Source: an uncultured Verrucomicrobiae bacterium
GTDB taxonomy: Bacteria; Verrucomicrobiota; Verrucomicrobiia; Chthoniobacterales; JAFAMB01
Assembly: GCA_963762565.1 (NCBI GenBank)
Contig: CAVXLD010000010.1
Coordinates: 416,001-480,000 of the forward strand
Length of the DNA: 64,000 nt
Direction of reading: 5' to 3'
Each line of letters starts with the position of its first letter. Within the stretch, counting starts at the first letter, position 1. Of the stretch, positions 9,877-19,933 are shown one piece after another. The notes beneath the pieces were generated by a model, which saw only the letters and a program-made list of their open reading frames with translations, was not told the DNA's origin and did not search any database. The position numbers and the translations under genes were made by a program.

Positions 9877-10107
9877 GGTAGGGCGAAAAACTCGGCGCGC
9901 CCAAGATTTCGTTGCTCGATCAAATTAGAACGCGCCGGTTTTGAGCCGCGCCGTGGAGATGGCTTCACCCCGGAACCTGCCACAACGGAAACGCTCGGTT
10001 TGCGGCGATCATAGGTAGATTCTGGCCGCACGCCGCAGCTCAAATCCGGCGCGAAGCGACGCTGATAAATGGCTAAAGGTTGGGCGCGCCGAGATTTTCG
10101 CCCTACC
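9877..10107. repeat. Family D long (231-nt) REPIN-like element
   Basis: GTAG ends as at 7640, plus inner cgcgccggttttgagc/gctcaaatccggcgcg repeat. Confidence 0.9.
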
Positions 10108-10179
10108 AACCCATTTTCGCGGTAAAGCCACCCCTCCACCCCGCATTTGCCAGCCAGCTGCCGAGATTTAGAGTGTGTC

Positions 10180-11163
10180 ATGCTTCAACTATTGCGGAGA
10201 CCTCGCCGCGTGCGTTCAAACCCGGCCTTGCGGCAGATGGTAAGGGAGAACAGCCTCGAGACACGTCAATTGATTTACCCAATGTTTGTCTCCGAGAAAG
10301 TTGATAAATCAGAAGCTATTTCCAGCATGCCTGGCGTCTACCAATACTCGGTAAACGAGCTTGTAGAAAATGCTAAACAAGTCTTCGATCTCGGAATACC
10401 TGCCATTCTGTTGTTCGGTATTCCACGTTTGAAAGACGAGCTAGGTTCGCGAGCTTTTGACCCTAACGGCATCGTACAAAGCGCCGTGCGCCACCTTAAA
10501 AAGAGCGTGCCAGACCTTCTGGTGATCACTGATGTCTGTCTCTGCGAATATACTTCTCACGGTCATTGCGGAATCGTAGACAAACGCAGAGGCGGATTTG
10601 AGGTGCTCAACGATCGATCGGTCGAAGTGCTGGTACAAACGGCTGTTAGTCAAGCCGAAGCCGGCGCGGACGTGGTTGCGCCCAGCGACATGATGGACGG
10701 GCGAGTCGGAGCGATGCGTTCCGGGCTCGATCAAGCGGGATTCAGCGACTTACCGATCATGAGCTACGCGGCAAAGTTCTGTTCGGCATTTTACGGACCG
10801 TTCCGAGAAGCAGCCGAAAGCGCTCCTCAGTTTGGCGATCGGCAAAGCTATCAAATGGATCCAGCCAATGCCGACGAAGCACTCCGTGAAGTCGCATTGG
10901 ATATCGAAGAGGGCGCGGACCTGATCATTGTAAAGCCTGGCCTACCCTACCTGGACATTCTCTGGCGGGTAAAACAACGGTTCGGCCTACCGACGGCCGT
11001 TTACAACATCAGCGGCGAGTACGCCATGTTAAAAGCCGCAGCCGCCAACGGCTGGATCGACGAAAAACGGGCCGTCCTCGAGGTAACGACCGGCTTTCGT
11101 AGAGCCGGCGCCGACATGGTGATAACCTACTGGGCCAAGGATCTTGCCTCCTGGCTGCGGTAG
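10180..11163 (+). CDS. hemB: Porphobilinogen synthase (delta-aminolevulinate dehydratase)
   Basis: RPRR.R, DVCLCEYTSHGHCG, APSDMMDGR, SAFYGPFR, VKPG; start placed at ATG 10180. Confidence 0.97.
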   Translation: MLQLLRRPRRVRSNPALRQMVRENSLETRQLIYPMFVSEKVDKSEAISSMPGVYQYSVNELVENAKQVFDLGIPAILLFGIPRLKDELGSRAFDPNGIVQSAVRHLKKSVPDLLVITDVCLCEYTSHGHCGIVDKRRGGFEVLNDRSVEVLVQTAVSQAEAGADVVAPSDMMDGRVGAMRSGLDQAGFSDLPIMSYAAKFCSAFYGPFREAAESAPQFGDRQSYQMDPANADEALREVALDIEEGADLIIVKPGLPYLDILWRVKQRFGLPTAVYNISGEYAMLKAAAANGWIDEKRAVLEVTTGFRRAGADMVITYWAKDLASWLR

Positions 11164-11209
11164 AGGCAACGTGCTGGCCTACGGGCATGTGGGATAGAAA
11201 AAAATCCCC

Positions 11210-11309
11210 GGGCGCTGCGAACAGATAGGACCTATACGACCTATAGGACTTATATGCTTTGACCTATCGGTCCTATAGGTCCCATAAGTCCTATCCATTC
11301 GCAGCGCCC
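11210..11309. repeat. (ATAGGACCT)n inverted nonamer-repeat element
   Basis: gggcgctgcgaa..ataggacctatacgacctataggac...gtcctataggtcccataagtcctat..ttcgcagcgccc; a related unit lies at 41944-41970. Confidence 0.8.
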
Positions 11310-11401
11310 AGCGCATATCTCCCCCGCCCATTCGCCGACACGCCCACACGCTACCCCCTCTCCCCGCAACTTCCGCATTCCTTTCGGGTTCTTATGGTTG
11401 T

Positions 11402-11842
11402 ATGAAAATAACTCCCCTCCGAAGTGTTACTATTGCGCTGATAGCGTTGGCAGTAACCTCCTATCCATCAATTACCCAAGCGAAAGCTACTCCCACTCCA
11501 GCTCCCAGCGTTGCCCAGGCCAGCGGGAAGCAGGCGCCTGAGTCGGCGGATGAACGGCTGGCCGACCTCAAAAAACAGGTCAACCTCACCAAGGCACAAG
11601 AGGCCAAAGTGAAGCCAATCATCACGAAATACGTCTCGGATCGCGATGGGCTTTCCACCGACAAAACTCTCTCGAAGTCGGATAAGAACTCCAAAAAGGA
11701 AGCCCTCCGGAAGCAATATAATACGGACATCAACGCGGTCCTGACGCCGGATCAGCAACAAAAATGGGCTGCCGCCAAGAAAGAGATTTTCCAACCTAAA
11801 CAGCCCGTCGCCGCTTCGCCAAGTCCGTCTCCTAAGAAGTAG
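11402..11842 (+). CDS. Secreted helical protein (Spy/CpxP-like LTxxQ motifs)
   Basis: Signal peptide; LTKAQ and VLTPDQQQKW motifs; Pro/Ser tail. Confidence 0.7.
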   Translation: MKITPLRSVTIALIALAVTSYPSITQAKATPTPAPSVAQASGKQAPESADERLADLKKQVNLTKAQEAKVKPIITKYVSDRDGLSTDKTLSKSDKNSKKEALRKQYNTDINAVLTPDQQQKWAAAKKEIFQPKQPVAASPSPSPKK

Positions 11843-11891
11843 GGCATCCCTACAGCGCTAGTCGCTTCGTTCTCGTCCTCGTCGAGGATTT

Positions 11892-12160
11892 GGGGAGCCG
11901 CTTTACCACGTACTTTACGACTTAGCGTTATTTGTTTCTGCGCGCGATCCGGCCAAAAAATGTGGCAACAGGCGGCTCCCGGGAACTACCCACCGGTTTG
12001 CTGCTCTATCGGCTACACGGCAAAGGGAACCGTGGGGGCCAGCGTAAATAGATCGCGCTGGGTAATTCCCGGGAGCCGCCTGTTTTTTCCCTTTTCGGCC
12101 GGATTGCCGTTGAGGCGAATACCGCGAGGGTGGCGACATACGCGCCAAAAGCGGCTCCCC
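11892..12160. repeat. Family J four-motif palindromic element (GGAGCCGC)
   Basis: ggggagccgcttt...ggcggctcccgggaactaccca...tgggtaattcccgggagccgcc...aaagcggctcccc. Confidence 0.85.
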
Positions 12161-12198
12161 TCCGACGCTGGAGCTTCGCGCCCAAACGCCCCATCGCC

Positions 12199-13413
12199 TC
12201 ACTTCCCCGCCACTTCCGCTGGCGCTTGGGCTACTGAAACCGGCGTTCGACGAAGAGTCAGCGAAAGTAGAAAAGCGACCCCCATCACAATCCCACCGAT
12301 CAGGAAGGGGGTATTACCGTAGGCAGGGATAGCGCCGGAATGATCCCAGCCGAGCATGTAGCTCCCGACCGCGGGTCCAACCACCCGGCCGAGACTCCCA
12401 GCCGATTGCACCGTTCCGATCACCCTGCCTTGCGCGGTAGCGGCCGCTAACCGGGAGGCCATCGCCGTCAACGTCGGTTGAGCCAAGCTGTTCCCCACCG
12501 CTAGGCCAAACGTGAACAGCAAGAACAACCCCATATTATGCGCCAACGGCATAACCAGCATGCTAATTGCCATCACAGCTAAACCAGCGCCGGCCAATTT
12601 GTAGTCTCCGAATCGCTTGGCTAACCGCCCAATGGCTCCGCCTTGAATAAGAGCTCCTACTAATCCAAGGAACACAAAGACCAAACTGATTTGGGTCGGC
12701 GTCAGACTAAATCGCCGGTCGAGCACCAAGGGATAAATCATGGTCACAATCGCGAAACCGGCAATAGCGACAAAGTAGGTTGCGACCAAAACCGGAATCC
12801 CATTAAAGCCGGTCCGCTCTACCACGCCCGGACTAACCGGTACCGTCATCTCGGACCGCTTCACATGCTTCTCCGGCTCCGGCAAAAACAGGAGGACAGC
12901 GATCGCGTTGAGGAAGGCGACACCGGCTCCGAACCAGAAGGGTCCTACCGTCCAAAAATGGCTCAGAATTCCGCCGATAGCAGGCCCAAGCACAAACCCC
13001 ACTCCGAACGCGGCCCCGATCAGGCCCATCCGCCGGGAACGATTCTCGGGCGGGGTGATGTCCGCGATGTAGGCCGCTGCCGTGCCCACGCTAGCGCCAC
13101 AGATACCAGCAATGATCCGGGCGATGAACAACATGGTCAGCGATTGAGCATTAGCCATCACCGCATAGCCAATCACCGAACCGATCAGGCTAATCAGCAA
13201 AACAGGTTTACGCCCGATACGATCTGATATGTAGCCGAGAACCGGGGAAGCCAGAAACTGCATGAAAGAGTAGACGCCCAGCAGCAATCCAATCTGCCAT
13301 TCCTCTGCCCTAAAGCTTTTGGCATACAGCGGCAGGATCGGGATGATCATGCCAAACCCGATCAGATCGACAAATACAACCAGCAGAATAGTGGCTAGAG
13401 GTGACTTTTTCAT
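12199..13413 (-). CDS. MFS transporter, TetA/DHA1-like
   Basis: DLIGFGMIIPILP, motif A SDRIGRKPVL, GFVLGPAIGG; many hydrophobic helices. Confidence 0.92.
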   Translation of the reverse strand: MKKSPLATILLVVFVDLIGFGMIIPILPLYAKSFRAEEWQIGLLLGVYSFMQFLASPVLGYISDRIGRKPVLLISLIGSVIGYAVMANAQSLTMLFIARIIAGICGASVGTAAAYIADITPPENRSRRMGLIGAAFGVGFVLGPAIGGILSHFWTVGPFWFGAGVAFLNAIAVLLFLPEPEKHVKRSEMTVPVSPGVVERTGFNGIPVLVATYFVAIAGFAIVTMIYPLVLDRRFSLTPTQISLVFVFLGLVGALIQGGAIGRLAKRFGDYKLAGAGLAVMAISMLVMPLAHNMGLFLLFTFGLAVGNSLAQPTLTAMASRLAAATAQGRVIGTVQSAGSLGRVVGPAVGSYMLGWDHSGAIPAYGNTPFLIGGIVMGVAFLLSLTLRRTPVSVAQAPAEVAGK

Positions 13414-13440
13414 GAATGCTCAAAAGGCTTTACCCAAGAC

Positions 13441-13663
13441 AACCGCGAATGGACACGAATTGACGCGAAGACAAACAGAATAAGTCCAACCGCAGATTAA
13501 CGCAGATGTACGCAGATTTCGTCTAGAGGTTGAAGATTGCCAGCGAGCTAAACGACGCTGCTGGAGGCCACACCGTTTTCGTTTCGTTCTAGCGGATGGA
13601 ACAACCTCAAAACGAAATCTGCGTAATCTGCGTAATCTGCGGATCATTCCATTAGTCTGCGGT
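13441..13663. repeat. Family F (CGCAGATTA)n inverted-repeat element
   Basis: ccgcagattaacgcagatgtacgcagatttcg...cgaaatctgcgtaatctgcgtaatctgcgg; homolog at 34365-34663. Confidence 0.85.
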
Positions 13664-16216
13664 TCACGCTCGTTCACGCTCGTTCCCGGCGCTATTAAGC
13701 GTCCCGTGAGTTACCCCGAGTCGTGAGTCCGCTTTCAGTTCGTGCCACAGGTCGTCACCGGTACGGGAACCATCCAATAATCCATGATAGAGCGAGATCA
13801 AGCGACGAGCGTTTTCCCGATCTTCATCCAGAAGTTCGACTCGGAAATATTTTAGCCCGGCCCTTTGCAATCGCGCAAAATAGTGAGCGCCGGTTTGCGC
13901 TCGAGCGTTGAAAACGGTATTGCGGCAGCCGACGTCCGCTTTCACCAAGTGAGTCTGACCGACGCGGTCGCGCACTTCGACCCGGTGCCGGTCACACGGC
14001 CGGCCGCAGTTGGTATAATCAGTTCCATTTGACAAGAAGGCGGCAAACACACAGTGCTCCATGTGAAACATGGGCATATGTTGGTGTAGAGTCAGTTCGT
14101 AGCGAGCCCCGGGAGAATACGCCAACAGAGCCAAGATCTGTTCAAAAGTCAGGTCGTACGAGATAGTCAAGCGGCTCAAACCCTGTTCCACCAAGAAATC
14201 TGCTGCCAACGGATTCGCCACATTCAGCGAAAAATCACCGCGCAACTTCAGGCCTTTTCCTCGGAAATAGGCGATTGCTCCGAGATTACGAATGAGTATG
14301 CCCGCCGGCTGCGCGTTCTCTATTGAGCGGAAAAAACCTTGCTCACCCGGCTTCTGTATTCTCGGAGTCGCCAGAAATAGCTCGGCTCGCGATCCAACCA
14401 TTTCGACTGCCTCAGGGTAGCGCCGGATATCTTCAAAATCGACATAGATCGAGCGCACACCCAGTGAGAGTGCCGCCTCAAGCTGAGGGATGCTTCTACA
14501 CAAAACAACCAATTCAGGCCGAACAGCCGCCATCGCATTGGTTGAGGGAACCGGCCTGAGCGGCCAATCGACGTGGAGCACTGCCTCGCTTGCGAGGCCG
14601 ACGCGGTCGGCACCTTGCAGTGCTGGGACCTTGGCGGCCAAAGCTTCTATCGCATCCCGACGCAATTGGTTTATCGCGCCCGCCGCCATGAAAACGCCTT
14701 CATCCAGCTCGACCCCGATTTTCTCCGCATGAAACCGGCTCCCACCCAACTTTCCTAACTGCTCTTGAACGCCGCGCACAGTTAATGGCGCAGATCGCGC
14801 TGCCTGCAACACTTGGGCGGACTCCAGGTCGACGGTCACATCGCCGCAAGCAACTTTCAGCCTCAACGGCAAACCGCATTTGCCGGTCGCGACCATTGAC
14901 ACCGGCAATGTCGATTTTTGCAGGTCACGAGAGAACGTTTGCCGGAGTGCTTTGTTGAGTGCCGGATCGTCCGTTTTCCAAACTCGATCCCCCACTGCCA
15001 CCCTGGCAAAATCAATCTCATTATTACCGAAGAAGAACCGCGCACCCCGGACCTCGTAAACCCTCCCGCCCTCTTCTTGCTCCGTATCGCCACCGTTGAC
15101 GAAAACCAGTCCATCCCCTGGCCGGACAGCGATGCGAGCCCGAATCTCGACAAAATCTTTGCCCACTTCGGTAACTTCGCCCACATACGCCCCCCGCTTC
15201 TTGCCGAATCGGCCGTTGACCAGCTGCTGATGATTTACGCCGTGAAGCCACCCGGTATAGAGCCCGCGCGAAAAAGTCATCTCCAGCGCATACCGATCGT
15301 CAGTTGACGCGGTCGGCACCGTGGAGCGCGCCTCGCTTGCGAGGCCGGCGCGGTCGGCAGACGCTACCGGCGATGTTGGCATTGTCGGCGTTGACGGCGC
15401 TGCCGGCGCTGCCGGCGTTAAAACCCCATCGATGGCCTTCCGATACACCTTAGTGACCGCGGCTACATACTCCGGGCTCTTGAGCCGTCCTTCGATCTTA
15501 AAGGCGCGAACACCGAGACCGATCAACTCCGGAATTTCTTCTAGCCCTGCCAGATCTTGAGGCGATAGCAGGTACCGGCGATCGCCCAACTCGTGTTTCA
15601 GACCATCAACAACCAAGTCGTACGGAAGACGGCACGCTTGCGCACATTCGCCACGATTCGCGCTCCGTTGGCCAAGCGATTCACTGGTCAGACATTGGCC
15701 GGAGTAAGCCACGCAAAGCGCTCCGTGAACAAAAGTCTCGATTGGTACATCCACCGCTTTGAATCGGTCGAGTTCACGGAGAGATAATTCTCGTGCAACA
15801 ACGGCTCGACTGATTCCGGCTTGCCTCATCAGCTCCAGACCTTCAGGAGAGGTGATGGTCATTTGCGTCGACGCATGCAGCTCGAGCTCCGGAACCAGGT
15901 GCTGAGCAAGCCGGACCAAGCCGACATCTTGCACGATAATAGCGTCAGCACCGGCAGCAGCGATCGCCTTCAACTGAGCCGCCGCCTCGGCCAGCTCATC
16001 CGTGAAAATGAGGGTATTAAACGTGATGTAGCCGCGCACATTCCGCTCGTGGAGGTACTCCATCACCCCTGGCAACTCTTCGAGCGTGAAATTATGCGCG
16101 CGCAGTCGGGCATTGAACTTCGGCAAACCGAAATAGACCGCATTCGCGCCGTTGGCGACAGCAGCGCGAAGGCATTCCCAATCACCCGCTGGGCTCAGTA
16201 ATTCCGGGGCCGGCAT
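13664..16216 (-). CDS. U32 family peptidase-like protein (long RlhA/DUF3656 type)
   Basis: PELLSPAG, FNAR, HASTQM, HGALCVAYSGQC, RSANRGECAQACR, KIEGRLK; second U32-like module at the C-terminus. Confidence 0.92.
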   Translation of the reverse strand: MPAPELLSPAGDWECLRAAVANGANAVYFGLPKFNARLRAHNFTLEELPGVMEYLHERNVRGYITFNTLIFTDELAEAAAQLKAIAAAGADAIIVQDVGLVRLAQHLVPELELHASTQMTITSPEGLELMRQAGISRAVVARELSLRELDRFKAVDVPIETFVHGALCVAYSGQCLTSESLGQRSANRGECAQACRLPYDLVVDGLKHELGDRRYLLSPQDLAGLEEIPELIGLGVRAFKIEGRLKSPEYVAAVTKVYRKAIDGVLTPAAPAAPSTPTMPTSPVASADRAGLASEARSTVPTASTDDRYALEMTFSRGLYTGWLHGVNHQQLVNGRFGKKRGAYVGEVTEVGKDFVEIRARIAVRPGDGLVFVNGGDTEQEEGGRVYEVRGARFFFGNNEIDFARVAVGDRVWKTDDPALNKALRQTFSRDLQKSTLPVSMVATGKCGLPLRLKVACGDVTVDLESAQVLQAARSAPLTVRGVQEQLGKLGGSRFHAEKIGVELDEGVFMAAGAINQLRRDAIEALAAKVPALQGADRVGLASEAVLHVDWPLRPVPSTNAMAAVRPELVVLCRSIPQLEAALSLGVRSIYVDFEDIRRYPEAVEMVGSRAELFLATPRIQKPGEQGFFRSIENAQPAGILIRNLGAIAYFRGKGLKLRGDFSLNVANPLAADFLVEQGLSRLTISYDLTFEQILALLAYSPGARYELTLHQHMPMFHMEHCVFAAFLSNGTDYTNCGRPCDRHRVEVRDRVGQTHLVKADVGCRNTVFNARAQTGAHYFARLQRAGLKYFRVELLDEDRENARRLISLYHGLLDGSRTGDDLWHELKADSRLGVTHGTLNSAGNERERA

Positions 16217-16295
16217 ATTGGTTACGCTAGTCCGCGCCGCCTATTGCGCAAATCATTGGGATGCGAGGAGGATATCGGCGTCGCCGATACGCCAC

Positions 16296-17489
16296 CTACC
16301 TCACCGCAACCGTACGCCGAAATTGACGAGGTGAAACACCTAACTTCTTTTTGAATAACGCGCTGAGATATTCGACGCCGGAAAAGCCGAGCTGCCGGGC
16401 AATCTCGGCGATAGAAAGATCGGTTGTGGTTAACAGCTCTTTCACCCGCTCGATGCGCAAGCGCAGAATCTCTTCGTAAGGAGATCGGCCAAGCAACTTT
16501 TGGAATCTTCGTTCCAATACCGTCCGTGACACGGAAACGGTTCTCAATACATCTTCAACCCCGATCCCATCACAAGCATGGTCACGGATAAATCTTAGTG
16601 CACTCGCGATCTGTTTGTCTTCAACCACAATGCGGTCCGTAGACCGCCTGGCGCAAACCCCGATCGGTTCGATATACTTAATCGATGACAGCAGACTGGC
16701 TCCATTCATCAGCTGGTCGAGCATCTTGGCCGCTTCGTAACCGGCCCTACGAGAGTTCGGAATGACACTTGAAAGCGGTGGATCACACAACTCACAAAGC
16801 AATTCGTCATTGTGATGCCCTATCACCGCCACCTCATCCGGAACCCGGATACCAATCTGCCGGCACACGTCGAGCAATTGTTGTCCGCGAATATCATAAC
16901 AGGCAAAGATGCCAGCCGGTTTAGCGATATGAACAACCCATTGAATCAGCTTGTCTTGTTCCAGGCGCCAATCGTGGGCGTCTCCTAGTTTGCTATTGAA
17001 GTTATCAACCACAAACCCTGCTGCTTTGATGTACCGGCCGAAGTTTTGTTCGTGGCGAAGGGACCATTCGAATCTGACATCACCACAAAATCCAAACGAC
17101 TGAAACCCGTGGTCCAACAGATGTTCGGCTGCAGCTCGGCTCACCCCATCGCTGCTGCTGGCCACGGTGGGATAGCTCCATTTCAAGCTCGCCGTGCTAA
17201 CGTTGACCACCGGCAAGTTAGCTTCGATCACGGCATCTTCTATTTGATGATTCTCCATTCGAGCAATGATGCCGTCTCCGCGCCATTTATGAAACCAGGG
17301 TGGCGGCTCATCGCCCCGGCCTTGCTCAGTGAAATGGATTTCCCAATCCGCTCTCTCGCGCATGTAAGCTCGAATCCCGACCAGCAAGCCGCGGCTGTAG
17401 GCATTCGAAGTTTCGATCAGCAGCGCCACCTGTGGACGCCGGTTAATTCTGTCAGCGTGATCAAGCACAACGGGACGAAGGGTAACCAA
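16296..17489 (-). CDS. XylR-type transcriptional regulator (LacI-like sensor plus AraC HTH)
   Basis: VALLIETSNAYSRGLL, DGIIAR, VPDEVAVIG, PPLSSV; C-terminal AraC HTH. Confidence 0.9.
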   Translation of the reverse strand: MVTLRPVVLDHADRINRRPQVALLIETSNAYSRGLLVGIRAYMRERADWEIHFTEQGRGDEPPPWFHKWRGDGIIARMENHQIEDAVIEANLPVVNVSTASLKWSYPTVASSSDGVSRAAAEHLLDHGFQSFGFCGDVRFEWSLRHEQNFGRYIKAAGFVVDNFNSKLGDAHDWRLEQDKLIQWVVHIAKPAGIFACYDIRGQQLLDVCRQIGIRVPDEVAVIGHHNDELLCELCDPPLSSVIPNSRRAGYEAAKMLDQLMNGASLLSSIKYIEPIGVCARRSTDRIVVEDKQIASALRFIRDHACDGIGVEDVLRTVSVSRTVLERRFQKLLGRSPYEEILRLRIERVKELLTTTDLSIAEIARQLGFSGVEYLSALFKKKLGVSPRQFRRTVAVR

Positions 17490-17528
17490 TGACCGTTTGC
17501 AGATCTGAAGCCGCAGTCAAAACAAAAA

Positions 17529-17611
17529 CTAATCCGGGACACCGGCATCCCGGAGAAATAGAACGGTTTTGAGAGCTCTTCTTCGCCGGCGCTGCCAGTG
17601 TCCCGGATTAG
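17529..17611. repeat. MITE-like element with 19-bp inverted ends
   Basis: ctaatccgggacaccggca...tgccagtgtcccggattag (18/19 complementary). Confidence 0.7.
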
Positions 17612-17653
17612 ATCGCTGTTAAACCGGCGCTTTCGCGCCGGTTTAAAAGCCGC

Positions 17654-17759
17654 AGCCTGCATTTCTCACAAAGCCGAGCTGCTGAAATTTGCTCATTTAG
17701 AGAAGTGCGCCCGGAGCCGAAAGCTTTGACAAGCCGCACATTTGTGAGAAATGCAGGCT
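17654..17759. repeat. MITE-like element with perfect 19-bp terminal inverted repeats
   Basis: agcctgcatttctcacaaa...tttgtgagaaatgcaggct. Confidence 0.75.
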
Positions 17760-18005
17760 ATGGGGGAGTTTTATTCAGACTTAGCTCAAGCGCTACGGGA
17801 CCGGCTTCAAGTGATTGGGGATAAGACTCTTCAGAATAATCCGAGCGCTCATTTGGAAAAGCTGCGTGAAGCCTCCGAACGCATCGATGCTCTAAAGACC
17901 AAACTTCCGCCGAACGCAGATCCCCGACTGATGCATTATCTCGATCGGATGAGCCTGAGTAAGGCCTTGGAATTTATAGAAACCGAGTGCCTCGCCAAAG
18001 GATAG
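17760..18005 (+). CDS. Small helical hypothetical protein
   Basis: Open ORF with protein-like amphipathic helices; ATG 17760 preferred because ATG 17751 lies in the repeat. Confidence 0.65.
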   Translation: MGEFYSDLAQALRDRLQVIGDKTLQNNPSAHLEKLREASERIDALKTKLPPNADPRLMHYLDRMSLSKALEFIETECLAKG

Positions 18006-18008
18006 TAT

Positions 18009-18177
18009 GCGTTCGGCGCTCGGCGTTTGGCGTTTGGCGTTTCCCGGGAGCGGCGTCGCGCTTGGAGAAAACACTTGCTCTAAGAACCAAACCAATGATT
18101 ATCACCGCGAGGTAGCGGCACAGCGTGGCAAGCGGCAACCACCGAACGCCGAACGCCAAACGCCGAACGAGCAACGC
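18009..18177. repeat. (GGCGTTY)n / (RAACGCC)n inverted heptamer-repeat element
   Basis: gcgttcggcgctcggcgtttggcgtttggcgttt...aacgccgaacgccaaacgccgaacg. Confidence 0.82.
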
Positions 18178-18192
18178 TAAACGGTACCGGCG

Positions 18193-19080
18193 ATGCGTGT
18201 CGCGATCCTAGCCGATATTCATGCCAACATCTCCGCGCTTGAGGCGGTGATCGCGGACTTGGAGGCAGTCGAGCCGGATCGGGTCATCGTGGCGGGCGAT
18301 TTTCAGAACCGCGGTCCTTTCCCTCGCGAAGTGACCTACCGCCTATTCGCCTTGGACTGGACCTTGCTGCGCGGCAATCATGAAGATTACGTAATAATTC
18401 AGAGTCAACCGGCGCAGAACGTTGACCAGATTGATGCTTATTCCTGGCAACCAGCTCGCTGGACCGCCGAACAAGTCCCTGAGACAGTTCCGCGCCTGAA
18501 GTCTTTACCGATCTCCATCGCAACCGACGGCCCGGATGGCTCGAAAGTCTGCTTCGCTCATGGCTCACCGCGTTCCAACGAAGAAGGGTTCTTCCCTTCA
18601 ACCACTGACGCCAAAGCCAAAGAGATGCTTGGCACATCTCCACCTCAAGTCCTCTGTTGCGGGCACACCCATATTCCACTCACGAAACAGATTGACGGAA
18701 CATCTGTATTTAACGTTGGATCCGTCGGATTTCCTTTTGACGGCGATTCGCGCGCCGCATATGGGATGCTTTCGTGGAAGGATGGACGTTGGGAAACAGA
18801 GCTCAGGCGCGTCGGTTATCCGGTAGCCGACGTTGTTGCTGCAGTCAGCGACCCCGGTTTCTACGAAGGCGCCGGCCCTTTGGGCCGCATCATCCAACGC
18901 GAGCTTGAGTCCGCCCGCCCGCATCTAACACTGTTTACCATGACGTTTCTACCGCGCGTTCGAGCGGGTGAGTTCGGTATCACCGAGGCAGTCACCGAAT
19001 ATCTCCGTCACCCGCAAGCCGAGATCGAGACCTGGTACGCCCAGATCCGAAACAAAAAAATGGCGGATAGCGAGCCGTAA
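18193..19080 (+). CDS. Calcineurin-like metallophosphoesterase
   Basis: DIHAN, GD, RGNHE, HGSP, GHTH, NVGSVG. Confidence 0.92.
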   Translation: MRVAILADIHANISALEAVIADLEAVEPDRVIVAGDFQNRGPFPREVTYRLFALDWTLLRGNHEDYVIIQSQPAQNVDQIDAYSWQPARWTAEQVPETVPRLKSLPISIATDGPDGSKVCFAHGSPRSNEEGFFPSTTDAKAKEMLGTSPPQVLCCGHTHIPLTKQIDGTSVFNVGSVGFPFDGDSRAAYGMLSWKDGRWETELRRVGYPVADVVAAVSDPGFYEGAGPLGRIIQRELESARPHLTLFTMTFLPRVRAGEFGITEAVTEYLRHPQAEIETWYAQIRNKKMADSEP

Positions 19081-19086
19081 AGCGAG

Positions 19087-19243
19087 CGTCTGGAGGGGAG
19101 CCGCTTTATACCAGGGCAGCTCTATCGGACAGCAGCAAGCGGCTCCCGGGAATTACCCAGCGATTCGCAAGTCTGCGTGCTGGCTTGGAAAAAGACTGGT
19201 CGGATGAAGGTAAGCCGCCGAGCTGTTCCTTGGAGCCGCCCCG
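19087..19243. repeat. Family J element (degenerate copy)
   Basis: ggaggggagccgcttt...agcggctcccgggaattacccagcg, matching 11892-12160. Confidence 0.75.
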
Positions 19244-19306
19244 CTCGACAACTCTCCCGGACCATCGAAGAAGCAACCGAACGGGTAATCGATTGGCTGA
19301 ATCCGC

Positions 19307-19849
19307 TTACCCAATCCTTTTCCGCATAAAAATCGTGGCCTGCGGATTCGAATTATAGCGGTCGCAATGCTCATAGCCGTGCCGTTCGTAGAAGCCTATA
19401 GCCTCCACCAGATCGCTTTTCGAATCTAGGTACAGCCATTCATAACGAGCAGTCTTCGTCGCAAATTCTTCCAATGCCTGCAGCAAGCTCTCCGCGAGAC
19501 CTCGCCGTCGATAGGCCGGTTTCACGTAGAGCCGCTTAATCTCGCCACTCCGAACCGGGGAGGCCAGAGCGTGAAGAACGATGCACCCAACCGGCTCTTC
19601 CCCCGCAAACGCGAGCCAAACGCCCCCATCATCTCCCAACGCATAGTCGTTAAACTTGCTCTCCGTGTCGCGGACCCAGACGTCGATTGCCTGAAAATAT
19701 TCCTTCACCAGTTCGAACGCGCCTGGCAGATCGTCCTGGGTTGCTCGGCGGATGAAACTGGGAGGGCGCGCGTCCCCGCGCGCCGCGAAGGTTGAGCGCC
19801 GGCCAGAGTTGGAAAGGACGGGTCGATCAATGCTTGGTTCGCTGGACAT
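19307..19849 (-). CDS. GNAT family N-acetyltransferase
   Basis: EIKRLYVKPAYRRRGLA, LYLDS, FYERHGY; N-terminus contains a family E REP (ARGDARPP). Confidence 0.88.
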   Translation of the reverse strand: MSSEPSIDRPVLSNSGRRSTFAARGDARPPSFIRRATQDDLPGAFELVKEYFQAIDVWVRDTESKFNDYALGDDGGVWLAFAGEEPVGCIVLHALASPVRSGEIKRLYVKPAYRRRGLAESLLQALEEFATKTARYEWLYLDSKSDLVEAIGFYERHGYEHCDRYNSNPQATIFMRKRIG

Positions 19850-19933
19850 GAGAGTTTTCCTTTATAAGCAAAACTCGCTACAGGTGATCCATATGTCCAA
19901 TATCTGATTATGATGTATTGATATCTCTAGAAT

